Positions 1-8,266 of a DNA stretch of 10,580 nt are shown here, piece after piece. The notes under the pieces are model-generated. The model saw only the letters and a program-made list of their open reading frames with translations. It ran no database searches and was not told where the DNA came from. How positions within the stretch are numbered: the first letter of the stretch is position 1; the number at the start of each line of letters is the position of its first letter. The stretch is from Gemmatimonadota bacterium. Lineage in GTDB: Bacteria > Gemmatimonadota > Gemmatimonadetes > Gemmatimonadales > GWC2-71-9. Location: contig JAZDCZ010000140.1 of NCBI GenBank assembly GCA_036679605.1, positions 1-10,580 of the forward strand, read 5' to 3'. The translations under genes were made by a program, and so were the position numbers.

Positions 1-36
1 GTCGTAGACTTGCTGACGGCGATCTTGCGCAGACAT
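1..36 (-). CDS. Possible N-terminus of a gene running off the left edge (MSAQDRRQQVYD...)
   Basis: Minus-strand ATG at 36-34, 12 open codons to the edge, and AAGGA a few nt upstream. Too short to identify. Confidence 0.3.
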   Translation of the reverse strand, partial: MSAQDRRQQVYD

Positions 37-271
37 AGATCCTTATAATCGTCGCCGGCCCGGTCCTGGCAAGAACGGGGCAGAAGCTTCCCGACTTGGC
101 TCGTACTGAACCCACATATTCAGCTATGACGAGTACTCGGACACCTTTTGCCCATCTTCGCTTGGAATTTGCTCGGCGGATCTTCACGCTCTCGGACTTC
201 ATCGCGACGGGCGGATACGAACATCTCCAGGGGGATGCGCGATAGCGCCAGCCGCTTCCACGAGGTTAGCT

Positions 272-1738
272 ATGATTCTTTTGCACCGCTCGCTCATCGT
301 CGTCTTACTCTTGCTAATCATCGCCGGTGTCAGTGTCTGGTCCGCGCTCACGCCGCCCTCGCCGCTTTCTGCGACAGCCGAGGATTTCTTGCTCGAGGGC
401 GTCACCATAATTCAACCCGGAGAGTCGCGACTCTAACGTATCACACTGCGTGTACGCAACGGCGTCATCGACGAATTCGGTAGCAGTATGTCCGGAAGAT
501 CAGAAGCTGGTGAATTCCGTGGTGCTTTCGTCTTGCCTGGACTAGTCGATATGCACGCGCATCTTCCTCCCCGCAATGTACTGAAGCTGAGCGGCTACTT
601 CGCATTCCTTTACCTTTACCATGGAGTGACGGCCATCCGCGACATGGGAGACGTCGACAACACCTCGGTCGCCGCCGCGCGCAGCGGTATCGAAAGCGGC
701 GCGTTCCCCGGGCCGCGAATCTTTAGTTGCGGTCCGTTTGTCGCGGGGGCCCAGCCCATTCGCTGGCCAAACACGCTGGTGATTCACGAGCCCGCCGCCG
801 CCGAGGCCATAGCAGCACAGATAAAGTCCGACGGGCATATGTGCATCAAGTCGTACGAAGACCTTACCGTCCCAAAACTGGAGGCACTCAAAGTAGCGGC
901 GCGCAAACATGGCCTTACCCTTGCCGGGCACGTGCCCACGCCTCTCGGCTACGAAGAAGCCTTGGTACCTGATGTTCAGCACTTCTTCGGTGTACCGCCA
1001 CCTGAGAGCCTGGAGCGCGATCACATACTCGACCGCACCGCCGAGTGGCGCGCCGTGGATGAGACACGTCTCGACGAGATCGTGCGCGTGACTCTTGAAC
1101 ACGGGATTGTGAATACCCCCACCCTCGTTTCGACACATCAGCTTCTGCTGTACCGAAACTACCAAGCCGCGCGCCAGAGCATTCCTGCCCGACTTCTTCC
1201 GCGCCTGTATGCCGACGTTGCGTGGCACCCCTCAGAGGGTATGGCATTTTGGCGTGGCGTTGAGGACTACTTGGATCGCATCGAAGACTCATCCGCTAAG
1301 AAACAAAAACTTTTGCTGCGGCTTTACCAAGCCGGTGCGAAGCTGCAGTTGGGAACCGATCCTCAACAGCCATTCGTCGCCCCGGGATGGAGCCTGCAAG
1401 AAGAAATGCGCGTGTTCGAAACGGCCGGGATTCCGATCGAGGCGATATGGAGGATGGCTACGTCGCAGGCTGCAGGCACGTTAGGTATCGCGGATCTCGG
1501 CAGATTGGAACGCGGCGCCCCCGCCGACCTTCTCGTGTTCGAACGCGACCCCACCCGTGATCTGGACGCCTTGGATTCGTTGCTTGCTGTGATAGCGGGG
1601 GGTCGCCTGTACAGGCGTGCCGATTTGGACGCCGCTCTCCGCGAGTACCAAAACCATTACCGCACAGGCATTGTGGACGCTGTCTCGATTCCGGCCACCA
1701 GAATGACTCTGAAGAAAACTTTTCTGCGCAACTACTGA
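272..1738 (+). pseudogene. Metal-dependent amidohydrolase with N-terminal signal/TM anchor, interrupted by in-frame TAA at 434-436 (the 488..1738 ORF is its 3' part)
   Basis: GAGGT RBS at 262-266, then ATG 272 in the same frame as 488. It reads MILLHRSLIVVLLLLIIAGVSVWSALTPPSPLSATAEDFLLEGVTIIQPGESRL*RITLRVRNGVIDEFGSSMSGR..., a typical amidohydrolase N-terminal beta-domain. Downstream motifs: VLPGLVDMHAH (HxH), CIKSY (Lys), AGHVP, VQHFF, LGTD, GRLERGAPADLLV. Confidence 0.75.
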
Positions 1739-1915
1739 TTCGCCGAACAGATTCTAGTCTGTGGCGACCGGCCGGGCGCTCAAGGCGACAATACCCTGTA
1801 CCGCTCAACCGACACCAAAGCTCACGAACTTGTTACAGGGCCTGCGAGCATGGACAATCATCCGGCTGGCGGAGAGTTCAGAATTGAGCGCGTCAGCCAA
1901 GGATATCCTGTACTG

Positions 1916-2314
1916 ATGAACGAACTACAAGTGTTTTTCGTTATCGTGGTTCCAGCCGCCGCTGCCGCGTTTGGTATTCCCCTTACACTTGCTCCCGTGG
2001 CTTGGGCCCGCGCGCTGCGCTGGCCGGTGTCTGTTGCGACTGCATCGGTGAACGAGCGACACCTGACGTTATACTTCGGGCGCTGTCTGGGAGTAATGGT
2101 TTTGGCCTTCGGTACGGTTTGTGTTGTTGCCGCTGTCCGGGGTCAGGTGCCGGAACTGTTAGTCCTGCAGTCCATTTTCGTGGGCGTGGGCATGACGTTG
2201 GTCCACATCTACGGGGCTGTGAAACGAGCACAGCCGGTGACCGAGACAATCGAAATCGCGTTCTATGGCGGGGTCTCCGCCTGGGCGATCAGCCTGTACG
2301 TTCGCTTTTATTGA
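1916..2314 (+). CDS. Small ~4-TM membrane protein of unknown function
   Basis: Four hydrophobic segments. ATG 1916 has AAGGA upstream; the in-frame ATG 1850 is an alternative start. Confidence 0.7.
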   Translation: MNELQVFFVIVVPAAAAAFGIPLTLAPVAWARALRWPVSVATASVNERHLTLYFGRCLGVMVLAFGTVCVVAAVRGQVPELLVLQSIFVGVGMTLVHIYGAVKRAQPVTETIEIAFYGGVSAWAISLYVRFY

Positions 2315-2353
2315 GAATGCAAGCTTTGTCACGAATGCTGACCAAGGGGCAAC

Positions 2354-3592
2354 ATGACTGAAACCATCGCAATCATCGGTGGCGGGATTGCCGGATTGAC
2401 AGCGGCATACCTACTCAATGAGAAGTACGACGTAACGCTGTTCGAAAAAGACGGAAGACTGGGAGGCAATGCATACACGCTTCACACACGCGACGGTGAC
2501 GACATCGACGTCACCGTGTTCGTCTTCTCAAGAGCGAGTTATCCAAACTTCTTCAGGCTCCTCTCCCAACTAAACATCGAAACGGCTCGCTACTGGTTGT
2601 CCGGTCTCGTCGCGACATCATACGATCTCGACACGCACCACACGTGCTATTTCGCTCCCTTCACACTCCGGGGCTTCACGCCCAAGCGTGTGCGGATTTC
2701 GTGGGGGGTTTACGCGAACATGAGGTATGCGATCGGGCTACTTGAGGAAGGAAGGCTCGAGGGGTTATCGATGGCGGAGGCGATGAAGCTCCTCCCCGAC
2801 CCCAGGGGCGATGCCTACTTCCAGATGATCTTTATACTCTGCTTGGCTTCATCCATGTACTACGATGAGGTTATGAAGGCTCCATCGACGTTCTTCATCA
2901 AGAAGCTGCGCGATCATATCGCGCCGGGCCCGACGGTATGGCGCTACCCACCGAGTCGGACGAAGAGCTACATGGAGGCGCTCAGCCGGCCCTTCCACGA
3001 CAGGGTCGTGTTAAATGCAAGGATACGCAGCGTCTCTAGAACCGAAACAGGCGTAACGCTCAATATGAAGGACGGGCACGCGTCCAGCTTCGACAAGGCG
3101 GTCTTCGCGTGTAACGCCGATCAGGCCTTGGCACTGCTCGACAGGCCATCCGATGCGGAGCAGCGACTCCTTGGCGCCTGGAGATATAAAGAGGGTCTCG
3201 TCGTCATTCACCGTGACGGTTCGTCCTTCCCCCCGGCCAGACTGCGCAGACTGTACAATTACATCTACACGAATCGGGACGACAAAATTCACACGTCAAT
3301 CAATGCCTGCTATCGGTTTCAGCCGGGCGTCTCCGACACCAACGACCTCCTCGGCACTCAACATCCGAATTTCTCCATCCAAGAGGATCGTATAGAATTC
3401 CAAAAAGTTTTCCGCACACCTCTTTTTGATACAGAGTCGGTGCGATCAATCCCCGAGTTGCCGTCACTCAACGGCCAGATGAACACGTACTACTGCGGCA
3501 GCCATTTCGGACGCGGCCTTCACGAAGATGCCGTTTCGTCCGCCGTTGCCGTCGCCGAGCAGCTCGACCTGCAGTTGGTGCCGTCAACCTAA
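2354..3592 (+). CDS. FAD/NAD-binding oxidoreductase, COG2907-like (amine oxidase fold)
   Basis: IAIIGGGIAGL dinucleotide-binding motif, FEKDGRLGGNA, YPNFFRLL, ACNADQAL, and C-terminal YYCGSHFGRGLHEDAVSSA. AAGGGG RBS before the ATG. Confidence 0.85.
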   Translation: MTETIAIIGGGIAGLTAAYLLNEKYDVTLFEKDGRLGGNAYTLHTRDGDDIDVTVFVFSRASYPNFFRLLSQLNIETARYWLSGLVATSYDLDTHHTCYFAPFTLRGFTPKRVRISWGVYANMRYAIGLLEEGRLEGLSMAEAMKLLPDPRGDAYFQMIFILCLASSMYYDEVMKAPSTFFIKKLRDHIAPGPTVWRYPPSRTKSYMEALSRPFHDRVVLNARIRSVSRTETGVTLNMKDGHASSFDKAVFACNADQALALLDRPSDAEQRLLGAWRYKEGLVVIHRDGSSFPPARLRRLYNYIYTNRDDKIHTSINACYRFQPGVSDTNDLLGTQHPNFSIQEDRIEFQKVFRTPLFDTESVRSIPELPSLNGQMNTYYCGSHFGRGLHEDAVSSAVAVAEQLDLQLVPST

Positions 3593-3653
3593 GGGCTTTG
3601 TCACCCATAACCACGCCGCTCTTGACCGGCGTGGTTATGGGTGACAAAGCCCT
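3592..3653. repeat. Perfect inverted repeat with 27-bp arms and an 8-nt loop, between convergent genes
   Basis: AGGGCTTTGTCACCCATAACCACGCCG (3592-3618), loop CTCTTGAC, CGGCGTGGTTATGGGTGACAAAGCCCT (3627-3653). Confidence 0.95.
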
Positions 3654-3690
3654 ACCGAGTCTTGTGCATGATCGGTCTCCGTGACGCCGC

Positions 3691-4071
3691 CTACGCCTGG
3701 ACTTTCTTAGGCATGAGATACCAGAGGACCAACGCCACCAGCAATAGACCCGGAACATCGCCCAACAGATTTGCTCGTTCAGTCTCGTCGACAATACCTT
3801 GAACCAGCATTGTTCCTCCGTGGACGATACTCGACCAGATCGTGAACCATATGAGACTTGCGTTAGCTAAAGGGTCTTTGGCGGCCCGAATCAAGAACAC
3901 TCCCAAGGTTGCGTATACACCCATAAGCATCTGCTCATATTCAGATTGCCGTGGCGTCCAAGCCCAACCCGAAGGCCATACCCACATCATCACATAGATA
4001 CCTGCGATGAAAATGATACCAAACACTATAAGAGCAACTTTCAAATACTTGAGTTTCTGTTCTTGTTGCAT
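3691..4071 (-). CDS. DUF6632-like 4-TM membrane protein
   Basis: Motifs WPSGWAW, YEQMLMGVYATLGVFL, AAKDP, FTIWSSIVHG, LLGDVP. GAGGAG RBS at 4086-4081. Confidence 0.8.
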   Translation of the reverse strand: MQQEQKLKYLKVALIVFGIIFIAGIYVMMWVWPSGWAWTPRQSEYEQMLMGVYATLGVFLIRAAKDPLANASLIWFTIWSSIVHGGTMLVQGIVDETERANLLGDVPGLLLVALVLWYLMPKKVQA

Positions 4072-4208
4072 GGATGTGTTCTCCTCGTAGCATTACTCGC
4101 AGTATTAGAGACTGCTGACACTTTCCTCATTGGCTGCGGTGCGCAGAAGCGGATGGGAACAGTACAACGCCCTGGGAGAACTACGCTGGAACCATACACC
4201 AACGCCCA

Positions 4209-4772
4209 CTATCGCCCGCCCTCACCGGTGGAAAATCGCTCTCCGAAGTCCTCTAACTCGATTCGCAAGCCGTTGGTGAGAAACGACACCGCATGGTACA
4301 TGCCGACGGTATAGACCAGCTCGACGATCTGATCAGCATCAAAGTGCTTTTCCAATTCAGCCCACAGCTCTTCCGATATCGAAGACGTATCGTGCAACTC
4401 GTCGCAAAGGCGTATCAGGGCTGACTGGGTCGAGGTCCATAACGGATCTCGCCAGCTTGCCGTTACCGTCGCCTGGATTACCTCTTCGGACAGTCCTAGC
4501 GGACGGGCGAACGCGTTTACGTGTACCCCCCACTCGTATTCCGAGCGACAGCGCGCGGTCGTACGGTGGATGACCAGCTCGCGATCACGAATCTCGACGG
4601 GCCCACGATCGAGTATCCCCGCGCGCATGAAGCGAGGGAAGATGCGCTCGTTGCCGGCCAGCGTTCGAAATAGCTTGAGCGGTTCCATCCCTGCGGGCAT
4701 GACCAGATCGAAGAGCTTCTGGTTCTCGGACGAGTAAGGGGGATCGAGTGGGGGGATTCTTTGCGTGCTCAT
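4209..4772 (-). CDS. Carboxymuconolactone decarboxylase/AhpD-like family protein
   Basis: RIPPLDPP, LFRTLA, RDRELVIHRTTARCRSEYEWGVH, DELHD, LWAELEKHF, IVELVYTVGMY. AGGAGG at 4790-4785 favours ATG 4772 over the called start at 4802. Confidence 0.85.
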   Translation of the reverse strand: MSTQRIPPLDPPYSSENQKLFDLVMPAGMEPLKLFRTLAGNERIFPRFMRAGILDRGPVEIRDRELVIHRTTARCRSEYEWGVHVNAFARPLGLSEEVIQATVTASWRDPLWTSTQSALIRLCDELHDTSSISEELWAELEKHFDADQIVELVYTVGMYHAVSFLTNGLRIELEDFGERFSTGEGGR

Positions 4773-4802
4773 AGCGACTGGTTTCCTCCTCGAGCCGGAC
4801 AT

Positions 4803-4823
4803 ATGCTACTGTTTCTGTAGCAT
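4803..4823. promoter_or_regulatory. Putative HxlR operator 1 (ATGCTAC-N7-GTAGCAT)
   Basis: Perfect 7-7-7 palindrome in the divergent intergenic region. Confidence 0.7.
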
Positions 4824-4836
4824 TAGTTGGACTATA

Positions 4837-4857
4837 GCGCTACGGTATCAGTAGCGC
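4837..4857. promoter_or_regulatory. Putative HxlR operator 2 (GCGCTAC-N7-GTAGCGC)
   Basis: Second perfect 7-7-7 palindrome with the same GCTAC-N7-GTAGC core, abutting the hxlR RBS. Confidence 0.7.
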
Positions 4858-4868
4858 AAGGAGAATCT

Positions 4869-5198
4869 ATGGCCACACCCAAGCCCGGACGGCCAACCCG
4901 GGGGACCCGTACCGGCCGACCAGTCATGGTCCTGCTCGACCTGCTCGGGCGGCGCTGGACGCTGCGTATACTCTGGGAGCTTCGCGACGGCCCGCTGACC
5001 TTCCGGGGCCTGCGTGCTCGCTGCGACGAGATGTCGCCAAGCGTACTCAACACGCGCCTGCGAGAGCTGCGCGAGGCGGGGATCATCGACGATCAAAGCG
5101 TCGCCGGTTACGGGCTTACCAAATACGGTAGCGATTTGATTCGCGCGCTCAAGCCGCTCAAAGAATGGGCGCAAGCATGGGCCAAGAGACAGAGCTGA
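4869..5198 (+). CDS. HxlR (MarR/DUF24) family winged-helix transcriptional regulator
   Basis: LLDLLGRRWTLRILWEL..GPLTFRGL...SPSVLNTRLRELREAGII...YGLTKYGSDL. AAGGAG RBS at 4858-4863 precedes ATG 4869. Confidence 0.9.
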   Translation: MATPKPGRPTRGTRTGRPVMVLLDLLGRRWTLRILWELRDGPLTFRGLRARCDEMSPSVLNTRLRELREAGIIDDQSVAGYGLTKYGSDLIRALKPLKEWAQAWAKRQS

Positions 5199-5245
5199 GC
5201 GCGTTGGGCACTAAGCTTTCGAGTTCAGGGCCCTTCTATGGAACG

Positions 5246-5674
5246 TTACCGTTCCCCCGAATACCAATAGGCAAAGAGAAACTGAAGCACGAGATAGCCC
5301 CTCACCAGATTGCCCCAGAGCATCTGGTCGTAAGTCAGTAGGCCCGGGAAAATCACGGTGTACCCAAGAAGCTCCACAAGAATCGCGAGGAAGAGGAGCA
5401 ATCCTGTAATCAGCAGCAGGCCGCGTCGCTCCAATGGACACCGACTTCCCCAATAGAGCACGCATGTCCATCCCAACATGAAGAGCGCTCCGATCCCCAT
5501 CGCGTAGCGGTACGGTTCGCCAGCCCCGACAAAGAAGCTTGGCACAATCGGCCATCGCACCAATCCCAGACTGATCAGAAACCACTCGACCGCAAGCAAC
5601 CCGTCGCCAATGGTCCCGATCCAGAACACCGCCTTTGCTACCAGGGCTCTCCTTTTTTCAGTTGCCGGACTCAT
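5246..5674 (-). CDS. 4-TM membrane protein of unknown function
   Basis: Four hydrophobic helices. ATGA overlap with the upstream GNAT stop (5671-5674) and an AGGAGAG RBS. Confidence 0.75.
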   Translation of the reverse strand: MSPATEKRRALVAKAVFWIGTIGDGLLAVEWFLISLGLVRWPIVPSFFVGAGEPYRYAMGIGALFMLGWTCVLYWGSRCPLERRGLLLITGLLLFLAILVELLGYTVIFPGLLTYDQMLWGNLVRGYLVLQFLFAYWYSGER

Positions 5675-6840
5675 GCGTGTGTCTCTCCTCTCCTGCGAAG
5701 TAGCTCTCTCTTCTTTTCGATCGCATCCATTTCGAGTTCGTAGAGCTCTCGGCCGGATGAGTAAGGATAAACGTGCCGAAACATGCTTCTCGAAAGTGTC
5801 TTACCGGAATGAAAGTAGACATTCTGGCTGTCGAAACGGTCCATCATCCGCTGCTTTGTGTAGTTGTCGACGATACTGAAGCAGAGCTTCTGGTAACCAT
5901 GCTCGATAGCGTATGCCAACGCCGTCACGATCGTGAGTTCGTAGGCTGGCTCTTTGCCCATGCACCGTCGATCGAAGCCGCCCATGACGCCACCGAGACG
6001 GTCACCGCACGGCAGAAAAGAGTGGAAACCCGCAACACGTGAGTCCAAGGTCGTCACAAAATGAACGTACGCATCAGACGTGACCACGTCGGTCATGAAC
6101 CTGCCGTCTTCGAGCAGTCCTTGAAACGGCACCGCAACTTTCGAGTGGTACCTGGAGCACGCGAGGCTCGCTTTCATGCCGCGTACGACATCGTCCGGCA
6201 CGCTGCCCGAGTAGGTCTCGACCGCCATGCCAGATCGTCGCAGAGACCTCGATATTTTCTTCCGCGTCGTTTTGTGCTTGGAGTAGTAACTATCGATTTC
6301 GGAATAGTCGGTGACGTCGATCCAGGAATTCGAGGCGAAAGGAAAGCCCTCGAAACCGACCTTGGCGTAGCGCTCGTGCTCGTCACTGCTGTCGATGATT
6401 ATCGCATCGTCCTTCATACTCCTGAGCCAGGCCAGAATGGCCCCGATCGTCGCAGCTTTGGCATCGTTGGTCGTGACAATGAACGGCGAGAACAAGCTCG
6501 AGCACAGGTTGTGCGCCGAGAAATACACCGTGCTACGCAACGCTCCACCAAGGGCCATGAGGATCGGCCGCCGTCGCAACCGAGAGTTCAGCGAGTCGCA
6601 GAGCTTGCTCCCGACGGTGCGGACGAAGATTCCGACGCCGAGGAGTTCGTCTTGACGGTACGCCTTGACGAATACGCACTGGACCTTGTCCGTAGATAGA
6701 CGCCCGAGGCCTTCATACAGGCCGAGCACGCTTCCTGATAGCCCTTGAACTCTAAGGGCACGATCGAGGACCTCCCTCTCCTGACGTGTCAGAGTAGTAT
6801 CGGCACGACAGCACAACAGCGAGTCGGTCACGTCGTTCAT
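5671..6840 (-). CDS. GNAT-superfamily (FemAB/Acetyltransf_6-like, probably tandem) acyltransferase
   Basis: 389-aa ORF with SWIDVTDYSEIDSYYSKHKTTRKKISR, RVAGFHSFLPCGDRLGGVMGGFD, YELTIVTALAYAIEHGYQKLCFSIVDNYTKQRM. Confidence 0.65.
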   Translation of the reverse strand: MNDVTDSLLCCRADTTLTRQEREVLDRALRVQGLSGSVLGLYEGLGRLSTDKVQCVFVKAYRQDELLGVGIFVRTVGSKLCDSLNSRLRRRPILMALGGALRSTVYFSAHNLCSSLFSPFIVTTNDAKAATIGAILAWLRSMKDDAIIIDSSDEHERYAKVGFEGFPFASNSWIDVTDYSEIDSYYSKHKTTRKKISRSLRRSGMAVETYSGSVPDDVVRGMKASLACSRYHSKVAVPFQGLLEDGRFMTDVVTSDAYVHFVTTLDSRVAGFHSFLPCGDRLGGVMGGFDRRCMGKEPAYELTIVTALAYAIEHGYQKLCFSIVDNYTKQRMMDRFDSQNVYFHSGKTLSRSMFRHVYPYSSGRELYELEMDAIEKKRELLRRRGETHA

Positions 6841-6852
6841 ACCCCGCGTGCC

Positions 6853-7440
6853 CTAAGCCGCGCGAGTAGACTCGCGCGCCAACATCCGCTCCAGTTGTGC
6901 GACCGCCTTGTGGTAGGTCTCCGGGCCGGTGGCGCGCGCCATTTGCACCGCCCCCTGCACCGTCGCAGCCACGACTACCGCTTGGGCTTCCGCATTGCCG
7001 GGAAACCTCAGCTCGCCGCTCTGCACGCCCATCCGTAGGGTGGCGGTGAGCCACTCGAGAACTTCAGCAGTAAACCGCCGAACCTCGGCCTGCATGGAGT
7101 CGGGAAGTGCGCCGTACTCCGCCTGCAGGATCCCGGGTGGAGAGACAGCACCCTCCTTAAGAAATGACACGTGGATCTCAAAGAACGCCTTCAACCGGTC
7201 GCGAGCGCTAGGCGCGCCCGTCTCAAGACTCTCGGTCCATTGCCGAAATCGAAGACGAAACCGCGCCACTAGCTCGGCCCCCAGATCCGCCTTGGTGTGG
7301 AAGTGATAGTGAACCGCAGGCGCCTTGATCCCAAGAGTCCGAGCCAAGTCGTAAAAACTAAAACCGCGGAACCCTCGCTTCTGTAGCAGCGGTTGCGCAA
7401 CGTCGAGAATTCGAGATGCTGTATCCGTCTTGCGTGCCAT
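6853..7440 (-). CDS. TetR/AcrR family transcriptional regulator (AcuR/NemR-like)
   Basis: HTH region RILDVAQPLLQKRGFRGFSFYDLARTLGIKAPAVHYHFHTKADL. AGGAG RBS at 7449-7445. Confidence 0.92.
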   Translation of the reverse strand: MARKTDTASRILDVAQPLLQKRGFRGFSFYDLARTLGIKAPAVHYHFHTKADLGAELVARFRLRFRQWTESLETGAPSARDRLKAFFEIHVSFLKEGAVSPPGILQAEYGALPDSMQAEVRRFTAEVLEWLTATLRMGVQSGELRFPGNAEAQAVVVAATVQGAVQMARATGPETYHKAVAQLERMLARESTRAA

Positions 7441-7557
7441 CTTGCTCCTAGTGATCCCTTGTCTTCGGCTCCCTCATGCAGGTTGAATTCCTGGCCGAGC
7501 AATGCTCAAACCGTTCCTCCCGCTGCCCGGCCGGACGTCCTCACGCGAAACGTAAAC

Positions 7558-8109
7558 CTACGCACCAGCGCCAGCTTGGGCACCGAACGGTGAAGTGCCA
7601 CGCAGCATCTCGCCGGTCTCGCAGTAGCTCTTGAGGATCGAACCCAGAAACTGCGAGAAACCCCTCAGTCTACCTTCGAAGTTCTCGCGCTCTTCGTCAG
7701 TCAAGCCGTTCTTGAGAAACGTGACGGTGTCTGTCCACTGGCATGCTGTCGCGTTGTCGTCCACCGCCTCCAAACGAACCGCCCGATTGAGTAAGGCAAG
7801 ATCCCCAAACACCAGGACGAACTCTAGGCGGAATTGTTTCGGCTCGTAGCTGGTCGTGACCCACGTGGTCGGACCTTGCTCGCCCAACAGGAATGGTTTG
7901 AGTGTGTGCTCCTGAAAGACACAGTACTGTTCGTTGAATCCGCTATCGCTGTGAACCAGCCGATACATGTCCTTGGTCCACCCATCGATCCATTCTTCTT
8001 CTCTGACCGGACACAGGAGCGGAAAAACGCGGCTCGGCGGACAGTCGATTATCCCTCGATACGTCATCACGATCCTCTTGGTGCTGTGCTCATCGTTTTG
8101 AGTTGCCAT
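7558..8109 (-). CDS. SRPBCC/START-like fold protein
   Basis: IDCPPSRVFPLLCPVREEEWIDGW N-terminal signature and C-terminal helix LKSYCETGEML. AGGAGG RBS at 8120-8115 precedes ATG 8109. Confidence 0.75.
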   Translation of the reverse strand: MATQNDEHSTKRIVMTYRGIIDCPPSRVFPLLCPVREEEWIDGWTKDMYRLVHSDSGFNEQYCVFQEHTLKPFLLGEQGPTTWVTTSYEPKQFRLEFVLVFGDLALLNRAVRLEAVDDNATACQWTDTVTFLKNGLTDEERENFEGRLRGFSQFLGSILKSYCETGEMLRGTSPFGAQAGAGA

Positions 8110-8205
8110 GTCAGCCTCCTGGTGTCTGCTGCTTCGCCCAGCCACGTGGAACGGCGTCATCGACCATTCGTGCCGCGACCCTCGCCGCATCGATGCGCTT
8201 GAGTA

Positions 8206-8236
8206 CTTACTTACTAGTAGGTAAGGGACTTGTCAA
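8206..8236 (-). promoter_or_regulatory. Sigma70-type promoter (perfect -35) overlapped by a 20-bp palindromic putative TetR operator
   Basis: Minus-strand TTGACA at 8236-8231, 17-nt spacer, weak -10 TAAGTA at 8213-8208. Palindrome CTTACTTACTAGTAGGTAAG at 8206-8225 has one mismatched pair. Confidence 0.7.
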
Positions 8237-8266
8237 GTTGCGTACGATACCGAGCGAGTCCACCCT

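Noticed and set aside
434..436. Selenocysteine/pyrrolysine or genetic-code recoding of the internal stop
   Set aside because: The codon is TAA, not TGA or TAG, and TAA appears to be used as a normal stop elsewhere in the window.
148..483. ORFs 148..483 (+) and 199..408 (-)
   Set aside because: Shadow frames over the amidohydrolase 5' region, which has an RBS, signal peptide and family-like sequence.
542..1808. Antisense and alternate-frame ORFs inside the amidohydrolase (e.g. 542..1228 -)
   Set aside because: No recognisable motifs; expected shadows in GC-rich coding DNA.
3592..3653. Palindrome as an intrinsic terminator, attC site or CRISPR repeat
   Set aside because: No U-tract, no RYYYAAC/GTTRRRY ends or extrahelical bases, and only one copy in the window.
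3468..3794. 108-aa minus-strand ORF across the palindrome
   Set aside because: Overlaps two better-supported genes and is Arg-rich and non-protein-like.
6061..6699. 212-aa plus-strand ORF
   Set aside because: Antisense shadow of the GNAT gene with no family features.
8110..8190. Longer called starts for SRPBCC (8190), CMD (4802) and HxlR (4827)
   Set aside because: Downstream ATGs have strong RBSs, and the extensions run into promoter/operator or leader DNA.
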